64,000 nucleotides of DNA from Macrostomum lignano (GCA_002269645.1 NIVC01002656.1:210175-274174), one strand, 5' to 3'. Positions 37,525 through 51,054 are shown, counted from the first letter of the stretch. The notes: generated by a model from the sequence alone, not told the origin. Numbers and translations are program-made.

Positions 37525-40500
37525 CTATACAGTGCTGCTGTGCATCTGGTCAATGCAGTCTTCTGTTAGTAGGCAGTTTGGTGTCCTGAATGACAACTGC
37601 AGTCCTGCTCGGTTGGTCTGCAATGGGAACAGAAATTAAAAGCTTTTCGTCCTCTGTTCCACCTGCGCCCCGGTCGCTTCCTCATTCCCTGTTCCACCTG
37701 CACCCCGGTCGCTTCCTCATTCATTGTTCCACCTGCGCCCCGTTCGCTTCTTCATTCCCTGTTCCACCTGCGCCCCGGTCGCTTCCTCATTCCCTGTTCC
37801 ACCTGCACCCCGGTCGCTTCTTCATTCCCTGTTCCAACTGCCACTCAATGGCCTCTTCATTCCCTGTTCCATCTGTCCTTCGGTGACCTCTTAATTCCCT
37901 GTTCCATCTGTCCTTCGGTAACCTCTTCATTCCCTGTTCCACCTGTCCTTCAGCGACCTCTTCATTCCCTGTTCCACCTATCACTTAGTGACCTCTTCAT
38001 TCCCTGTTCCACCTGTCACTCAGTGGCCTCTTCATTCCCTGTTCCACCTGTCCTTCAGTGGCCTCTTCATTCCCTGTTCCATCTGTCCTTCATTGGCCTC
38101 TTCATTCCCTGTTCCACCTGTCATTCAGTGACCTCTTCATTCCCTGTTCCACCTGTCACTCAGTGGCCTCTTCATTCCCTGTTCCACCTGTCCTTCAGTG
38201 GCCTCTTCATTCCCTGTTCCACCTGTCCTTCAGTGACCTCTTGATTCCCTGTTCCACCTGTCACTCAGTGGCCTCTTCATTCCCTGTTCCACCTGTCCTT
38301 CAGTGGCCTCTTCATTCCCTGTTCCACCTGTCCTTCAGTGACCTCTTGATTCCCTGTTCCACCTGTCACTCAGTGGCCTCTTCATTCCCTGTTCCACCTG
38401 TCCTTCAGTGACCTCTTGTTTCCCTGTTCCACCTGTCACTCAGTGGCCTCTTCATTCCCTGTTCCACCTGTCCTTCAGTGGCCTCTTCATTCCCTGTTCC
38501 ATCTGTCCTTCATTGGCCTCTTCATTCCCTGTTCCACCTGTCATTCAGTGACCTCTTCATTCCCTGTTCCACCTGTCACTCAGTGGCCTCTTCATTCCCT
38601 GTTCCACCTGTCCTTCAGTGGCCTCTTCATTCCCTGTTCCACCTGTCCTTCAGTGACCTCTTGATTCCCTGTTCCACCTGTCACTCAGTGGCCTCTTCAT
38701 TCCCTGTTCCACCTGTCCTTCAGTGGCCTCTTCATTCCCTGTTCCACCTGTCCTTCAGTGACCTCTTGATTCCCTGTTCCACCTGTCACTCAGTGGCCTC
38801 TTCATTCCCTGTTCCACCTGTCCTTCAGTGACCTCTTGATTCCCTGTTCCACCTGTCACTCAGTGGCCTCTTCATTCCCTGTTCCACCTGTCCTTCAGTG
38901 GCCTCTTCATTCCCTGTTCCACCTGTCCTTCAGTGACCTCTTCATTCCCTGTTCCACCTGTCATTCAGTGATCTCTTCATTCCCTGTTCCACCTGTCATT
39001 CAGTGATCTCTTCATTCCCTGTTCCACCTGTCCTTCAGTGACCTCTTCATTCCCTGTTCCACCTGTCCTTCAGTGGCCTCTTCATTCCCTGTTCCACCTG
39101 TCATTCAGTGACCTCTTCATTCCCTGTTCCACCTGTCCTTCGGTGACCTCTTCATTCCCTGTTCCACCTGTCACTCAGTGGCCTCTTCATTCCCTGTTCC
39201 ACCTGTGCCCCAGTCGCCTCTTCATTCCCTGTTCCATCTGTGCTCCAGTCGCCTCTTCATTCCCTGTTCCACCTGTACCCCAGTCGCCTCTTCATTCCCT
39301 GTTTCACCTGTCCTTTCCAGTGGCCTCTCACCTGTCATTCCTTGTTAATAACGAAATTGGCTTCAAGCATGTCTTGCAACTGTCAATCATTAATTTATAC
39401 CACTAGTTTACATAGTTTTACCATATATTTTAGCCTTGTACTCGTATTTGCCAATAAAGTACACCATCTACTTTTCTGTTAGCTAAAACAACAGTTAGAC
39501 TGCCGCACATTCCATTTCGTTCGTTAGAGTATCTGATTCTGGCTTAGATAACTGAGCATCGAAGCATTAATGAGCATCTGCTGCTCACCTGCCGTACAAA
39601 TTTTATTACGCATTTTCGCGAACCGGCTTTGGCTTGTCTGATTTGCTTTGATTTAAAAAAAAGCAAGACGTTGGTCAGGCGAATTTTCCCTCTGCTCAAA
39701 AGTGGGCCGAATCTTTTTAGTCTTGCTTTCTAGCCAAGAAAGCCGGCTGAGCTCATTAAGACAGCTTGTTAGTCCTCTGCGGTTTCTTATCTTACTCGCA
39801 AACTGTTGTGGGGAACAGCTTTTGCACTCACGGTTCCATTCACTGAGCTGGAGAATTCATCTGTGCTGGCAGTGTGACCCATCGGCTGTTCTCCAATAGT
39901 ATAATATGCTTGTTGCTCTGAAATCATTGCAGTTCTCTTGCATAAACACGCCACAGGGTGAATGAAAGTCAATGATCTAACGTAATCTCCGATTCTCATT
40001 GAAAATATCAGATGATTCTCATGGAATCTCATCGATTCTAACTGATAATCTCATGGAATCTCATTGATTCTTATGGAATCTCATCGATCCTAATGGATAA
40101 ACTCGTGGAATCTCAACGATTCTAATTGATAATCTCATGGAATCTCATCGATTCTAATGGATAAACTCGTGGAATCTCATCGATTCTAATGGATAAACTC
40201 GTGGAATCTCAACGATTCTAATTGATAATCTCATGGAATCTCATCGATTCTAATGGATAAACTCGTGGAATCTCATCGATTCTAATGGATAAACTCGTGG
40301 AATCTCAACGATTCTAATTGATAATCTCATGGAATCTCATCGATTCTAATGGATAAACTCGTGGAATCTCATCGATTCTAATGGATAAACTCGTGGAATC
40401 TCAACGATTCTAATTGGTAATCTCATGGAATCTCATCGATTCTAATGGATAAACTCGTGGAATCTCATCGATTCGAATGGATAAACTCGTGGAATCTCAA

Positions 40501-43500
40501 CGATTCTAATTGATAATCTCATGGAATCTCATCGATTCTAATGGATAAACTCGTGGAATCTCATCGATTCTAATGGATAATCTCGTGTTATCTCATCGAT
40601 TCTAATGAATAATCTCATGGAATCTCATCGATTCTAATAGATAATCTCATGGAATCTCATCGATTCTTATGGAATCTCATCGATTCTAATGGATAAACTC
40701 GTGGAATCTCAACGATTCTAATGGATAATCTCATGGAATCTCATCGATTCTAACTGATAATCTCATGGAATCTCATTGATTCTTATGGATAAACTCGTGG
40801 AATCTCAACGATTCTAATTGATAATCTCATGGAATCTCATCGATTCTAACTGATAATCTCATGGAATCTCATTGATTCTAATGGATAAACTCGTGGAATC
40901 TCAACGATTCTAATTGATAATCTCATGGAATCTCATTGATTCTTATGGAATCTCATCGATTCTAATGGATAATCTCATGGAATCTCATCGATTCTAATGG
41001 ATAATCTTATTGAATCTCATCGATTCTAATGGATAATCCCATGGAATCTCATTGATTCTTATGGATAAACTCGTGGAATCTCAACGATTCTAATTGATAA
41101 TCTCATGGAATCTCATTGATTCTTATGGATAATCTCATGGAATCTCATTGATTCTTATGGATAAACTCGTGGAATCTCATCGATTCTAATGGATAATCCC
41201 ATGGAATCTCATGAAGCGCCACATCAAGCAAGAAGCTCTCGCGCACTCACCCGCTCCGTCCTCGCGCTGCTGCTGCACCCGTAGCCGCCGCGCGCAAGCC
41301 ACGGCGAAGCCGGTCAGGGCGATCGCTGTGATCAGAACAACGCCGACACCGACGCACAGGGTTGCAACGGCGACGGCGAAGACCAGCTTGCGGCTGCCGC
41401 TTCGGCTGGCGGACGCCGCTCCCCACCCCGCTGGCTGCCGCCGGCGCTGTCGCAAGGTGGCCGTGACGAGCAGCCGGTAGGTCCGCCCCGCGGAATCCAC
41501 AGAAACCGCGCGATTCATCAGCCGCATCGGCAGCAGGAAAGTCTTGACCTCCAGTTCGCCCTGTGCAGCGGAGGAACTCTTTGGAGGAAGTCGCCGAAGA
41601 CAGATGCGTTGACTTCCTTTGTCTGGTGGCAGCTCGAAGTGAAGCTCGCCGTGAGAGCTGTCTGGCTGAAGCGGCTGTGGCTCACCGAATGTCGCCTCAA
41701 AGCTGCCGCCAGCCAGCGACGCGACTCCGTAGCTCAGCACTGCGCAGACCGACCGGCCATCCGCGTCGACCACCGCATCGTTGACGAGATCGACAGGCAG
41801 AGGGTCGGGCGGCTCCACGCATCCGCGCTCGGGGACAGCGTGCGGCAGCCGGCACAGTCGTGGAGGAAACTCCGTTACCGGCGGCGTTGAAAACATCGGA
41901 GGAGGAGACGATGACGGCCGACCGACATCGATGCAAATCTCGGCAACTGAAGCCGGTGAATATCCGGTGCCGTGCTCCAGCGGCAGCTCATTGTCGACAC
42001 GCACCCGGAAACGGAACTGGCGAGCCTCCGCAGATGGGGCGGCGTCTCTGAACGGCGCAGCCAGCCGGATCTCCCCGGTGCTCGGGTGAACCTCAAAATA
42101 GCGCCGCGCTATCATCGATGTCATCGTCGCGTCTCCGCTGCCCGTCTGTCGGACAATGCTGAAGCGCAGGCGCCGGTTCCGAGGATCGCCGTCTGCATCG
42201 GCGGCTTCGAGTTGGCCGACGAGGCTGCCAGCTGGCGCCGTCGGATCCAGACGGAATCGCCGCCTGCCCGGCAAAATGATCGGCGCGTTGTCGTTAGCAT
42301 CGACCACTTTAATGACTATGCTCGCTTCGGCGATGGCGGTCGCGTTGCTGGCTGGATCGACGGCCAGAGCGCGGAAGCTGAACGGCCTGCTGCGCTCCTC
42401 AAAGTCCAAGACTGAAGACACTCGCAGCTCTCCACTGCGCTCCTCGACGCTGAACGCCGAAGCGTCTTTACCGTCGAGTCGATAGGCGACACGGTTGTTG
42501 GGTGCGGCGTCTCTGTCCACGGCTGTCAGTCTGGGCAGTGGATGAAGCTCGACAGCGCGGCCCAGCGGCGAGTTCTCCGCCACGCGGCCGGTGTAGGCCG
42601 GCGCCGCGAACTCCGGCGCGCAGTCGTTCTCGTCGGTGACAGCCACGGTTAGCGTTGCTGTTGCTGTCAACTTCGTTGTCGTTGCGTCGCTGTCAGTCCA
42701 ACAGGCGACTCGCAGCAGGTGCTCGGCGATCAACTCCCTGTCGAGCGTCGCCGAGGTGATGAGAAGAAACTCCCTGGCGCCGCCGCTGCCGGGGCCGATG
42801 CCTGGTGCGTGGGTTGCAGCTGCTGGCTGGAGTCTGCGCGATGAAGGTGTTTTCGGACATTCGTGAAATCACGACTTGAAGAAACTGATGTTCGAAGAAA
42901 TAGTGGTACTATTCGGGGTAATGCCCTCCAGAGCGACGCTATGCACGAGCAGAGTGCATACGAGAACAAGGACCACTAGAAGTTGCGTTTGTATCAAGAC
43001 GCAACAGTCACGTTCTATGGACAATCTTCATACGCCGCCAACTTTACCCCACCCAGTCGAGGGTGGCAATAAAACTGATCCACTCTCTCCTTTCAGCAAC
43101 AAAGCCGCCGCCGCCGCCAGCTCCCAGACAGCGGGAGAGAGGCTTGGCTACCACTATTTTTGTTTACAGAAGTTTGTTATTGCCTATAAAATTATATAAT
43201 AAAGTATTAGTATAATACTGAATACAATAAAATATCGCTGATATTTGCCAATCGCTCAACACAATTTCTAGAGATTCCCCTAGCTCGGCTTTGTGCATAC
43301 TTGCGGATTCCTCCATGAGGCGCCTATGTACTCTCATTAGGAGTCTACGGAATTCCCATGGCTTTGCCTGCGGCAGAGTTGAGCTATGCAAACACATAGG
43401 CGCCCTTCTGATCCGGGCCCACGGAATTTCCGTGGCTTTCCCTGCGGCAGAGTTGTGTTATCCTCTACTACTCGTGTTCAACCAAGATAGAAATTATCCA

Positions 43501-45727
43501 CTTTTCCACTTTTTTCCAACACTCATTGGACGATTCCGTACCTTCAACTATCACGTGATTGTGAATCTAGCATGCATTTGGTCCAAGGTGACTTCACAAG
43601 TGCATGGAATTCATTCAGGAAAAAATGCTACTGGAGACTGTTGAACGCGCCAAATCGGAGAAAACTACTGTGTAATGAAAACCTTGGGTTAGCGCTGTTT
43701 AGAGCGAAAGCTACAGTCCCACCTGAAGTAGCCGTTGTCTACGTCGCCCGCATCCAGGCGGCACCGGACGCGTGCTTCGGCTTCGCCTGGCGACGCAAAG
43801 TCCAGGTCCCGTGCCTCCACTGTCGCCACCTGGAGGCCGGGCGGCCGATTCTCCGGGACGTCGACGCGCTGTCGCCTGGAACCGCCGCGCCAGATGGTGA
43901 CTGTCAGCGGGTTGTCGTCTAGGTTGGCAACTGACACAGTCAGCGTGGCGGTGGCGTCGAGCGGCGGACTGCCGAAGTCGCTGGCCACCAGCAGAAACTC
44001 CAGTCGCGGCGTCAGCTCGTAGTCCAGTCCGCGCGGCGCCAAGATCTTCCAGTTGGAGGCGCCTTTCGATAGAAGATCGGAGCCGAAACCTGCACCGTCA
44101 GTTCGGTGCAGCTCCAGGTGACGCTCGGGCAGCAGATGCCGGGCCAGCAGCGCCGCCGGCAGCGGTCTGTTTAACACGAATTCAGGGGGGGGGGGTGCAA
44201 GACTTAACTATTCACCTGACTGCTGTTTATGCCGCCTACAAGGTTAGATGCCCAAGTATGCCACAGTAAAGGAATTCTTTTATATAATAAATGATTGAGA
44301 ATGGGCAACCGACAGCTCATTCGCAGCTATTGCGAGGCGCATCCGAAGGCTGCGTACGGCTGTTCAGTCCAAGGACTTGGGAGTCGCCACACACACCCTC
44401 AATTACCCCAGCTAATGCTGTCACCCATTTACAGCTGGGTGAACTGAAGCACAAATTGCACAAATCTGGACACAAATTGTACCAGACGACCTTTCAGTAG
44501 TGAGTCCGACGCTACAACCGAGACTACAACCTACCCTATAATGGCACTTTGACTTTGCAAGGTCCATCAAAACAGACGCACCTGATCTGACAGCTAATTC
44601 GCCCATTCTCTCCAAGGTCTTCATCCACAACTGCGAATCGAATCAGCGAGACCGGGCGGCTTGTCTCGTTAACTAAAATTGCGGTCAAGCCAGATTGCAC
44701 TGGCCAGACAAACCGCGGTCGTCGATCATTGACGTCTACGACCTCCAGCGTTACCGTCAGGCAGCCGGTCAGCGCAGGTTCTCCGCCGTCCACTGCCGCC
44801 AAGACGAAGCCAAAACCGTCAGGATTGGCCTCTCGATCCAGTGGCGCCAGCAGCTTCACTGTCGGCTGTTGAACTTCGCCAGACTCGAGCGGCAGCAGAC
44901 GAAAATGCCGATCGAACTGCGCCTCGTCTGGCCGCTTAGCAGCCAGCCGGTACTCGCTTATCGCCCCGTTCAACCCCGGCTCGTCGGCGTCCAAAGCGAC
45001 CGGCAGCGGCAGGCTGAATCCCGACGGCGTGTCCTCTGGCAGCGCGTAGCGGCGACGGCTGCCGTCTTGAAACACTGGCGGGTTGTCGTTTACGTCCAAA
45101 ATTACAATCTGGATTGTATGAGACGATGAGTAACAACACTTTAGCTGCTGTATTTGCTTGGGCTCTGGAACACCTTAATCCGGGCGGGATCTTTGCCGTC
45201 TGACTCGTGCTCGTAATTTGCAAGGTTGTAAACAGTACTTTCAAGTCATTGTCACCAACCACTAACGCAAATATAAGCGCACTGATGCATCTAATTTCGC
45301 CGCTTTTGTTGAAAATATGAAAGATTCTGGCACTCACCTTCACTAAGCTGAATTGAGGTTGATAGAAACCCACTGGTTCCAGTCTGAGCAACCGACAGCA
45401 CTCAACTTGGCATTGCGATGACTGCCCCCCTAGTGCGCCGCACAGTGCCTCTCGGTCAAGCGGCCCGTTCAACGTGAGCCACCTGCCCGCCTCAATCACA
45501 AACGGTTGCGCGGCCGCAGCACCTCGGCTCAGTGCGAAGCCGCTTTCGCTGACTGGCAGCGGCAGGTCTGACAGCTGGACGCGAAAATCGTCACTGGAGG
45601 CGCCTTCGCAGACGGTCAGAGTGGTGGCCAACTTGGACGCCCGCGGACGCCCTGCTGCTGGAGCTGGCAAATCCGCTGCGACTGACTGGTACAGAGTCAG
45701 TAGAAGTGCAACAGTGAGCAGAAGCAT
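37525..45727 (-). CDS. Protocadherin-like single-pass protein, ~1052 aa. Exons (minus strand) 45727-45338, 45108-44582, 44166-43723, 42833-41251, 39917-39796, 37617-37525; the last two exons are less certain
   Basis: Signal peptide; EC1 LDREALC..C; repeated DxNDNxP, LDRE/LDYE and A.D.D cadherin motifs; TM segment LVFAVAVATLCVGVGVVLITAIALTGFAVAC; all five GT-AG introns are phase-compatible (3159 nt). Confidence 0.85.
37655..39330. repeat. 35-bp array (TCTTCATTCCCTGTTCCACCTGTCCTTCAGTGGCC)n with higher-order structure
   Basis: About 47 units; a 420-bp (12-unit) block is repeated. Confidence 0.96.
40012..41212. repeat. 32-bp array (TCATGGAATCTCATCGATTCTAATGGATAATC)n with 96-bp trimers
   Basis: Fills protocadherin intron 4. 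Confidence 0.95.
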
Positions 45728-48700
45728 TGCTGTCCTCTGATTTTCCAGTAGCAGCTATTTATATTATAGTATCGCAACTTGTACGAAGCAGGCTTATTGA
45801 AGCTTTGTGCACTTGATGCATAATTAGTGGCGGCTTATTGCATATGGCACATCTAGAGTTTGACGCCTAAAGTAGAAAGACGAATGTGAAATCCGTCCTC
45901 CAAATGCTATTTGCTGAGGCCAATACGAGATTGCAATTGGAGAGTTGAAAAGAATGCCATTGGATGGCTTGATGATTGGTCAGTGTACCGCTGTTGATAG
46001 TCTGCCTTGGGCCACTTTACATCCTGTTTGAGCGTGTGCACATGCATGAGTGCGTGCCTGTGTACAGTATTGGCGTTTGCTTAGGAGTCAGCGAAATGTC
46101 CAGAATTGCCTCGGTGCTGGCTGTGGGATTGATTTCGCCGTGAAGGCGTTGCGTCAGGGTTTCTAAAACGTTTTCAAATTGCAGTGAACTGGATTAAGTT
46201 CTCAGTGACTAAATGAGCTTACGAGCTCGTAATTATGAGTATGTTATTCAACAGATTATTTTTATATCAAACCGATAAAGGCTTAGAAAATGTTTCAAGC
46301 AACCAGCTTTCACTTTGAAACTTGACCTACCGCGTATCTGGTAAGACAAGGTGCGACGTGAGGTGTTGAGTTTGCGGAACAACTGGCCTTATCTCATCAG
46401 CTGTGCATCGCTGTGCCTGATTCGGCTTTGAACAAGAAACAGGGTGTGAAGTCTCGGCGCGAGAGACAATTTTAACACGCGCCTTTCCCAGCACTTAAGC
46501 CAGTCAGTTGCAATTCGACTGTCAAAGCTTCTTAAGTCCGGACTGACTACATACAAGGCATACATGCTTTCAGCCGTTGGGAACTTCATCCGTCGAAACC
46601 TTTTACCGTTTGGTGAAGAAAAGTGTCCGAGAAAACGACGCGCTGAAACCTGTCATGTCGGGATTCCAGTCCTTTATACCGATGCGAAGTATTTTCCGGA
46701 ATGGGAGGAAACGGAGGAAGGCCTGCATGGCAGCGGGGACTTCCGATAAAGAGATTTAGATGCCTGAATCTGCGCTCCTCGAATCTCAGCTTTACGACGC
46801 ATCGCCATGTTCGATGATCGAATTGCACTCAACTCGCTTGCAATTCGCTATCTGATGCCACAGTGTGCACTGTAAGAAAAATGCAAAATCCTCTGGCTAT
46901 ACATCTGTTGGAACTGCACTTTTGTCAGTCTCCGATAGGGCTCGGTCGGCCAGGAAAAGTTGGGACAGTCGGGAATTCAATTCAAGAACCAGGAGAAGCT
47001 GCATGAAATTAGTGATGTTATATGACCTCCTTTGTTTATTTTTAATAGAGTATAGTGAGGCAGAAATATTATAAGCCTGTTAGGCCTTTGCATAGGACTT
47101 CTCTAGACATGGCTGCTCAGTCAGGAGCCACTAGCTAAGCTGCTAGGTGATATCGAGCGCCTGTCATTCTTAGCATCGCAGCTATGGCTCGAGAGAAAGC
47201 GGTGGTGACGTGTCGATCAACAGCTGCCCGATTAAGAAGTACAGTTTAAGAGTTTCTTCCCGACTGCGACAGGTTTGGGAAGTTCCAGTTGTAATCCGAT
47301 AATTAAAACATTACACTGTAATAGAGAGCCTTTGCGACAGAGCAGCTCAGCGGTAACGCGTTCGACTCTCCAGGCCGGGTTTGTTTCCGCGTGTGGCCGC
47401 AACAAATTGCCTCAAATGGCCTCAAATTAGCACAGAGTGTGCACTCCTGACGATCGGAAAGCCAGGACCGCTGCACACCCTGTGCGAGTCTGTGCCTGCG
47501 GAATCAACAAGACCATTTGTCTCCTAGCTGGTGACAGGGTCAGTGTCCTAAAGACTCGTTTACAGTGCCATAAAATGAGCCGTTGGATCACACGAGTTAT
47601 GGTCAAAGTGACGACAAACTATGTATACAAGCCGTGTGACCGACTTGATTTGATGGCAATGTAAACGAGCCTTAAGCCAGCTTCAACAAATTAATCGTAG
47701 TTAAAGCATAGTCCAAAGTCTGAACCCCGAAATTGCACGAAATCCCATATGAAGCGAAAAGTCACGAAAACAAGTCGTCCAACAGTCGTTGTGTTAGCGC
47801 TTAACTTTCTACTAACTCAAGTAGACTAAACAGAGTTGTTAGAAATGCGAGATGCGATTCAAATTCATAAATTGATGCAGATGCGCTTTAGACGCAACTC
47901 AGTTATTCTAAAGCGACTCCAGCACGCCTCAGAAACGACTCTATGGCCCCAGAGACATTATAGAAGCGCCCCAAAGTCTCTTGCGTCGTCCCATGCAGTG
48001 TCGTTTGAGAGTCGCAACTCTTTGACGACTTTTGGGCGACTTTCACTGTTACATATATCGTTGTCTTAAAGTCATTTAGAGTCACTTCTTTCCTATTTTA
48101 CCTGCGTTACCTACAAAGACTCTGAAAAGACTCTGGGGGCGACGCAAGTGACTCTGGGACGCTGGGTTTATATAAGCTTTGCGTCCAGATGCAATTAAAG
48201 GTGCTTTCAGAACAAAACTTTATGCTGCAGTGAAGTGTCGAGCCTTTTTCCACTCATTTTTTCTATAAAAAAACCGCACGAGGAAGACGCCATCCCCACT
48301 CTTGACAAATTTTTCGATGCCTAATTCTTCGAAACACTTGAAGCTTGGGTGCACACAATTTAACAAAATGCAATAAGAATCCAGTTGACAACGGTCATGA
48401 CTATAAAAATATTCAAAGATGTATAGGATGTTTCAATCAAAACTAGGGGTTTTTACATTTCCAGCATCAGCCAACCAGGACTTTAACGAAGCACAAATAA
48501 AATAAGTATAACTTCCCACATGATCCAAAATGCACTCAATTTTCACTGCGGCTCAGTAGCACTCTGAGTCCCGCCCATCGGAAGACTATTTTTACCATGA
48601 AATTGTGAGTGACACGGCGATTTTGACCACTTTGATCAATATTTCAATCAAAGGAAGACAAGAATATGAAGTGTGATAAATGAATAATGTTTTTCCGTTG

Positions 48701-48855
48701 TATACTTTTTTAATTAAAAAATAATTAGAAATATAATTTAAGAAGTACTCTGAGCGTGGAAATACGATACATCAACATCAGCAAATCAAGACGGCAGTGG
48801 TGGGCAGAGTCCGGTCCGTGTCCGAGGTCAGTCGGTGCAGCGGAGCACCTGCGGC

Positions 48856-49131
48856 CTACTTGCCTGGGAACGGCAAGTGGCGGTAGATCCTGTAGGCAGT
48901 GCGAACCACGCGGTACACCCGCCTCCACCTGATGCGGATGCGACGGAATCTGATGCGCCACTTCTTCTGCAGCTCAGCAGCCTTCTCGTCCGTCATCTCC
49001 GGCTCGTCCATGTCAGCCAGAGCCTCCAGAGCCGCCATCGACTCCGCGTCCTCCTCCGACATCTCCTGGCTGGGTCTGGCGACGGCCAGAGCTGCGCACA
49101 GCAGGAGTCCGAGAACGAACTGCCACCTCAT
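48856..49131 (-). CDS. Secreted cationic peptide precursor, copy A1 (91 aa), putative antimicrobial peptide
   Basis: Signal peptide aa 1-18, acidic propiece aa 19-57, KK, then WRIRFRRIRIRWRRVYRVVRTAYRIYRHLPFP-GK*; intronless; paralog at 58219. Confidence 0.85.
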   Translation of the reverse strand: MRWQFVLGLLLCAALAVARPSQEMSEEDAESMAALEALADMDEPEMTDEKAAELQKKWRIRFRRIRIRWRRVYRVVRTAYRIYRHLPFPGK

Positions 49132-49408
49132 GCTTGCTTGGTTGAGTTGTGTAGCCTGATGAAGCTGAGAAGCTGAGAGATATCTCGTTTGCTGTTGGTT
49201 TATTTTTGCTCTCTCAGGCGTCTCGTATTTATGCAGAGAAACTCGGCACGTTTTTCCGCAAGTTGTTCTTTTTCTGTTTTCGCAATGGCCTTCACGAGCG
49301 GCTGCTTTCTTTTAGACTCAGGTCAGGAACAATAAAATTGCTTTCATATCTTTGAACGCTGTTGCTATTATCATAATTGGGCACTTCTCAAGAATAGAGT
49401 GGCATTGA
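49132..49408 (-). promoter_or_regulatory. Conserved upstream region of the peptide genes
   Basis: About 90% identical by eye to 57948-58218 (inverted) and alignable to 51055-51330; contains TATA-like GCATAAATA and TTGCG(G)AA motifs. Confidence 0.6.
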
Positions 49409-49980
49409 CCGCAGCTACTGTCACCCATTTTGGTATTGTATTTTTCTGCAAAGCTTCGCGGAATGCAAGCCGTGTTTACATAGCCAGAAATCTTGCCATG
49501 CCACATCAGATAGCAATTTGCTCTTATTGTGGCCCTGAGTTCGTCGGCACTGCAAGTTCAGATGAAATTGCACTGCATTATTGATGCTTACTGAGAAGAA
49601 CTGCATGGAACTGCAATCTGATTCGATTCAATCTGCTTCGACTGGTTCTGCTCGGAAATTTCCTATCGAATTGAATTCCTTTATGATTTGCTTATAGCTT
49701 TTGCAGTTCAGTTTCCAGTCTGAATTACGAACGGATCTCATAATCGTATTAACCTTGGTACGATATAATGCTCCTATTTTATTGAGTTTTTTACCTGTAC
49801 GAATGCAAGAGCTGAGGGCACCCTGCCTCAATGCATTGTGGGAGACCACGGTCATCAGTTCCATGGAGCTGTCACACGATAAATACAAAGCCAAAGCATT
49901 GGCTTTCCAGCCTCAACAGGGTGATATGGTACATTGTCACTTCTGCAGCAGCTACCTAAGGGCAGCTAGGAAAGCAGCAG
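49409..49980. repeat. Segmental block B, copy 1
   Basis: Near-identical direct copy at 61528-62100; inverted partial copy at 59811-60216; diverged partial copy at ~51325-51520. Confidence 0.9.
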
Positions 49981-51028
49981 TCTGTGCCTGTCTGTGCCTG
50001 TCTGTGCCAGTCTGTGACAGTCTGTGCCAATCTGTGCCTGCCTGTGCCTGTCTGTGCCTGTCTGTGCCAGTTTGTGCCAGTCTGTGCCAGTGTGTGCCTG
50101 TCTGTGCCTGTCTGTGCTAGTCTGTGCCAGTCTGTGCCAGTGTGTGCCTGTCTGTGCCTGTCTGTGCCTGTCTGTGCCAGTCTCTGCCAGTCTGTGCCAA
50201 TATGTGCCTGTATGTGCCTGTCTGTGCCTGTCTGTGCCAGTGTGTGCCAGTCTGTGCCTGTCTGTGCCTGTCTGTGCCTGTCTGTGCCTGTCTGTGCTTG
50301 TCTGTGCTTGTCTGTGCCAGTCTGTGCCAGTCTGTGCCAGTGTGTGCCTGTCTGTGCCTGTCTGTGCCTGTCTGTGCCTGTCTGTGCCAGTTTGTGCCAG
50401 TCTGTGCCAGTCTGTGCCAGTCTGTGCCAGTGTGTGCCTGTCTGTGCCTGTCTGTGCTAGTCTGTGCCTGTCTGTGCCAGTGTGTGCCTGTCTGTGCCTG
50501 TCTGTGCCTGTCTGTGCCTGTCTGTGCCTGTCTGTGCTTGTCTGTGCTTGTCTGTGCCAGTCTGTGCCAGTCTGTGCCAGTGTGTGCCTGTCTGTGCCTG
50601 TCTGCGCCAGTGTGTGCCTGTCTGTGCCAGTGTGTGCCTGTCTGTGCCTGTCTGTGCCTGTCTGTGCCTGTCTGTGCCAGTGTGTGCCTGTCTGTGCCTG
50701 TCTGTGCTAGTCTGTGCCAGTCTGTGCCAGTGTGTGCCTGTCTGTGCCAGTCTGTGCCTGTCTGTGCCTGTCTGTGCCTGTCTGTGCCTGTCTGTGCCAG
50801 TCTGTGCCAGTCTGTGCTAGTGTGTGCCTGTCTGTGCCTGTCTGTGCCTGTCTGTGCCAGTCTGTGCCAGTGTGCGCCTGTCTGTGCCTGTCTGTGCTAG
50901 TCTGTGCCAGTCTGTGCCAGTGTGTGCCTGTCTGTGCCTGTCTGTGCTAGTCTGTGCTAGTCTGTGCCAGTCTGTGCCAGTGTGTGCCAGTATGTGCCTG
51001 TCTGTGCCGGTCTGTGCCAGTCTGTTCC
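49981..51028. repeat. 10-bp satellite (TCTGTGCC[T/A]G)n
   Basis: About 105 units; shorter copies at 59410-59810 (inverted) and 62100-62375. Confidence 0.97.
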
Positions 51029-51054
51029 AGTCCGAGAACGAACTGCCATCTCAT
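51029..51054 (-). pseudogene. 5' stub of a third peptide gene copy (A3): MRWQFVLGL fused to the 10-bp satellite
   Basis: ATG AGA TGG CAG TTC GTT CTC GGA CT is identical to copy A2; the upstream region is retained to ~51330. Confidence 0.85.

Noticed and set aside
41186-41250. C-terminus of the 515-aa cadherin ORF
   Set aside because: Read-through past a GTGAGT donor (41250) into the 32-bp array
46564-46749. 61-aa ORF upstream of the protocadherin
   Set aside because: Short, no recognisable motif, no supporting splice partners
47960-48165. ~30-bp imperfect inverted repeat, possible MITE
   Set aside because: No defined termini or TSD found
49628-49894. 88-aa ORF MALYLSCDSS... present three times
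   Set aside because: Conservation reflects recent segmental duplication of block B; no motif or coding signature was recognised
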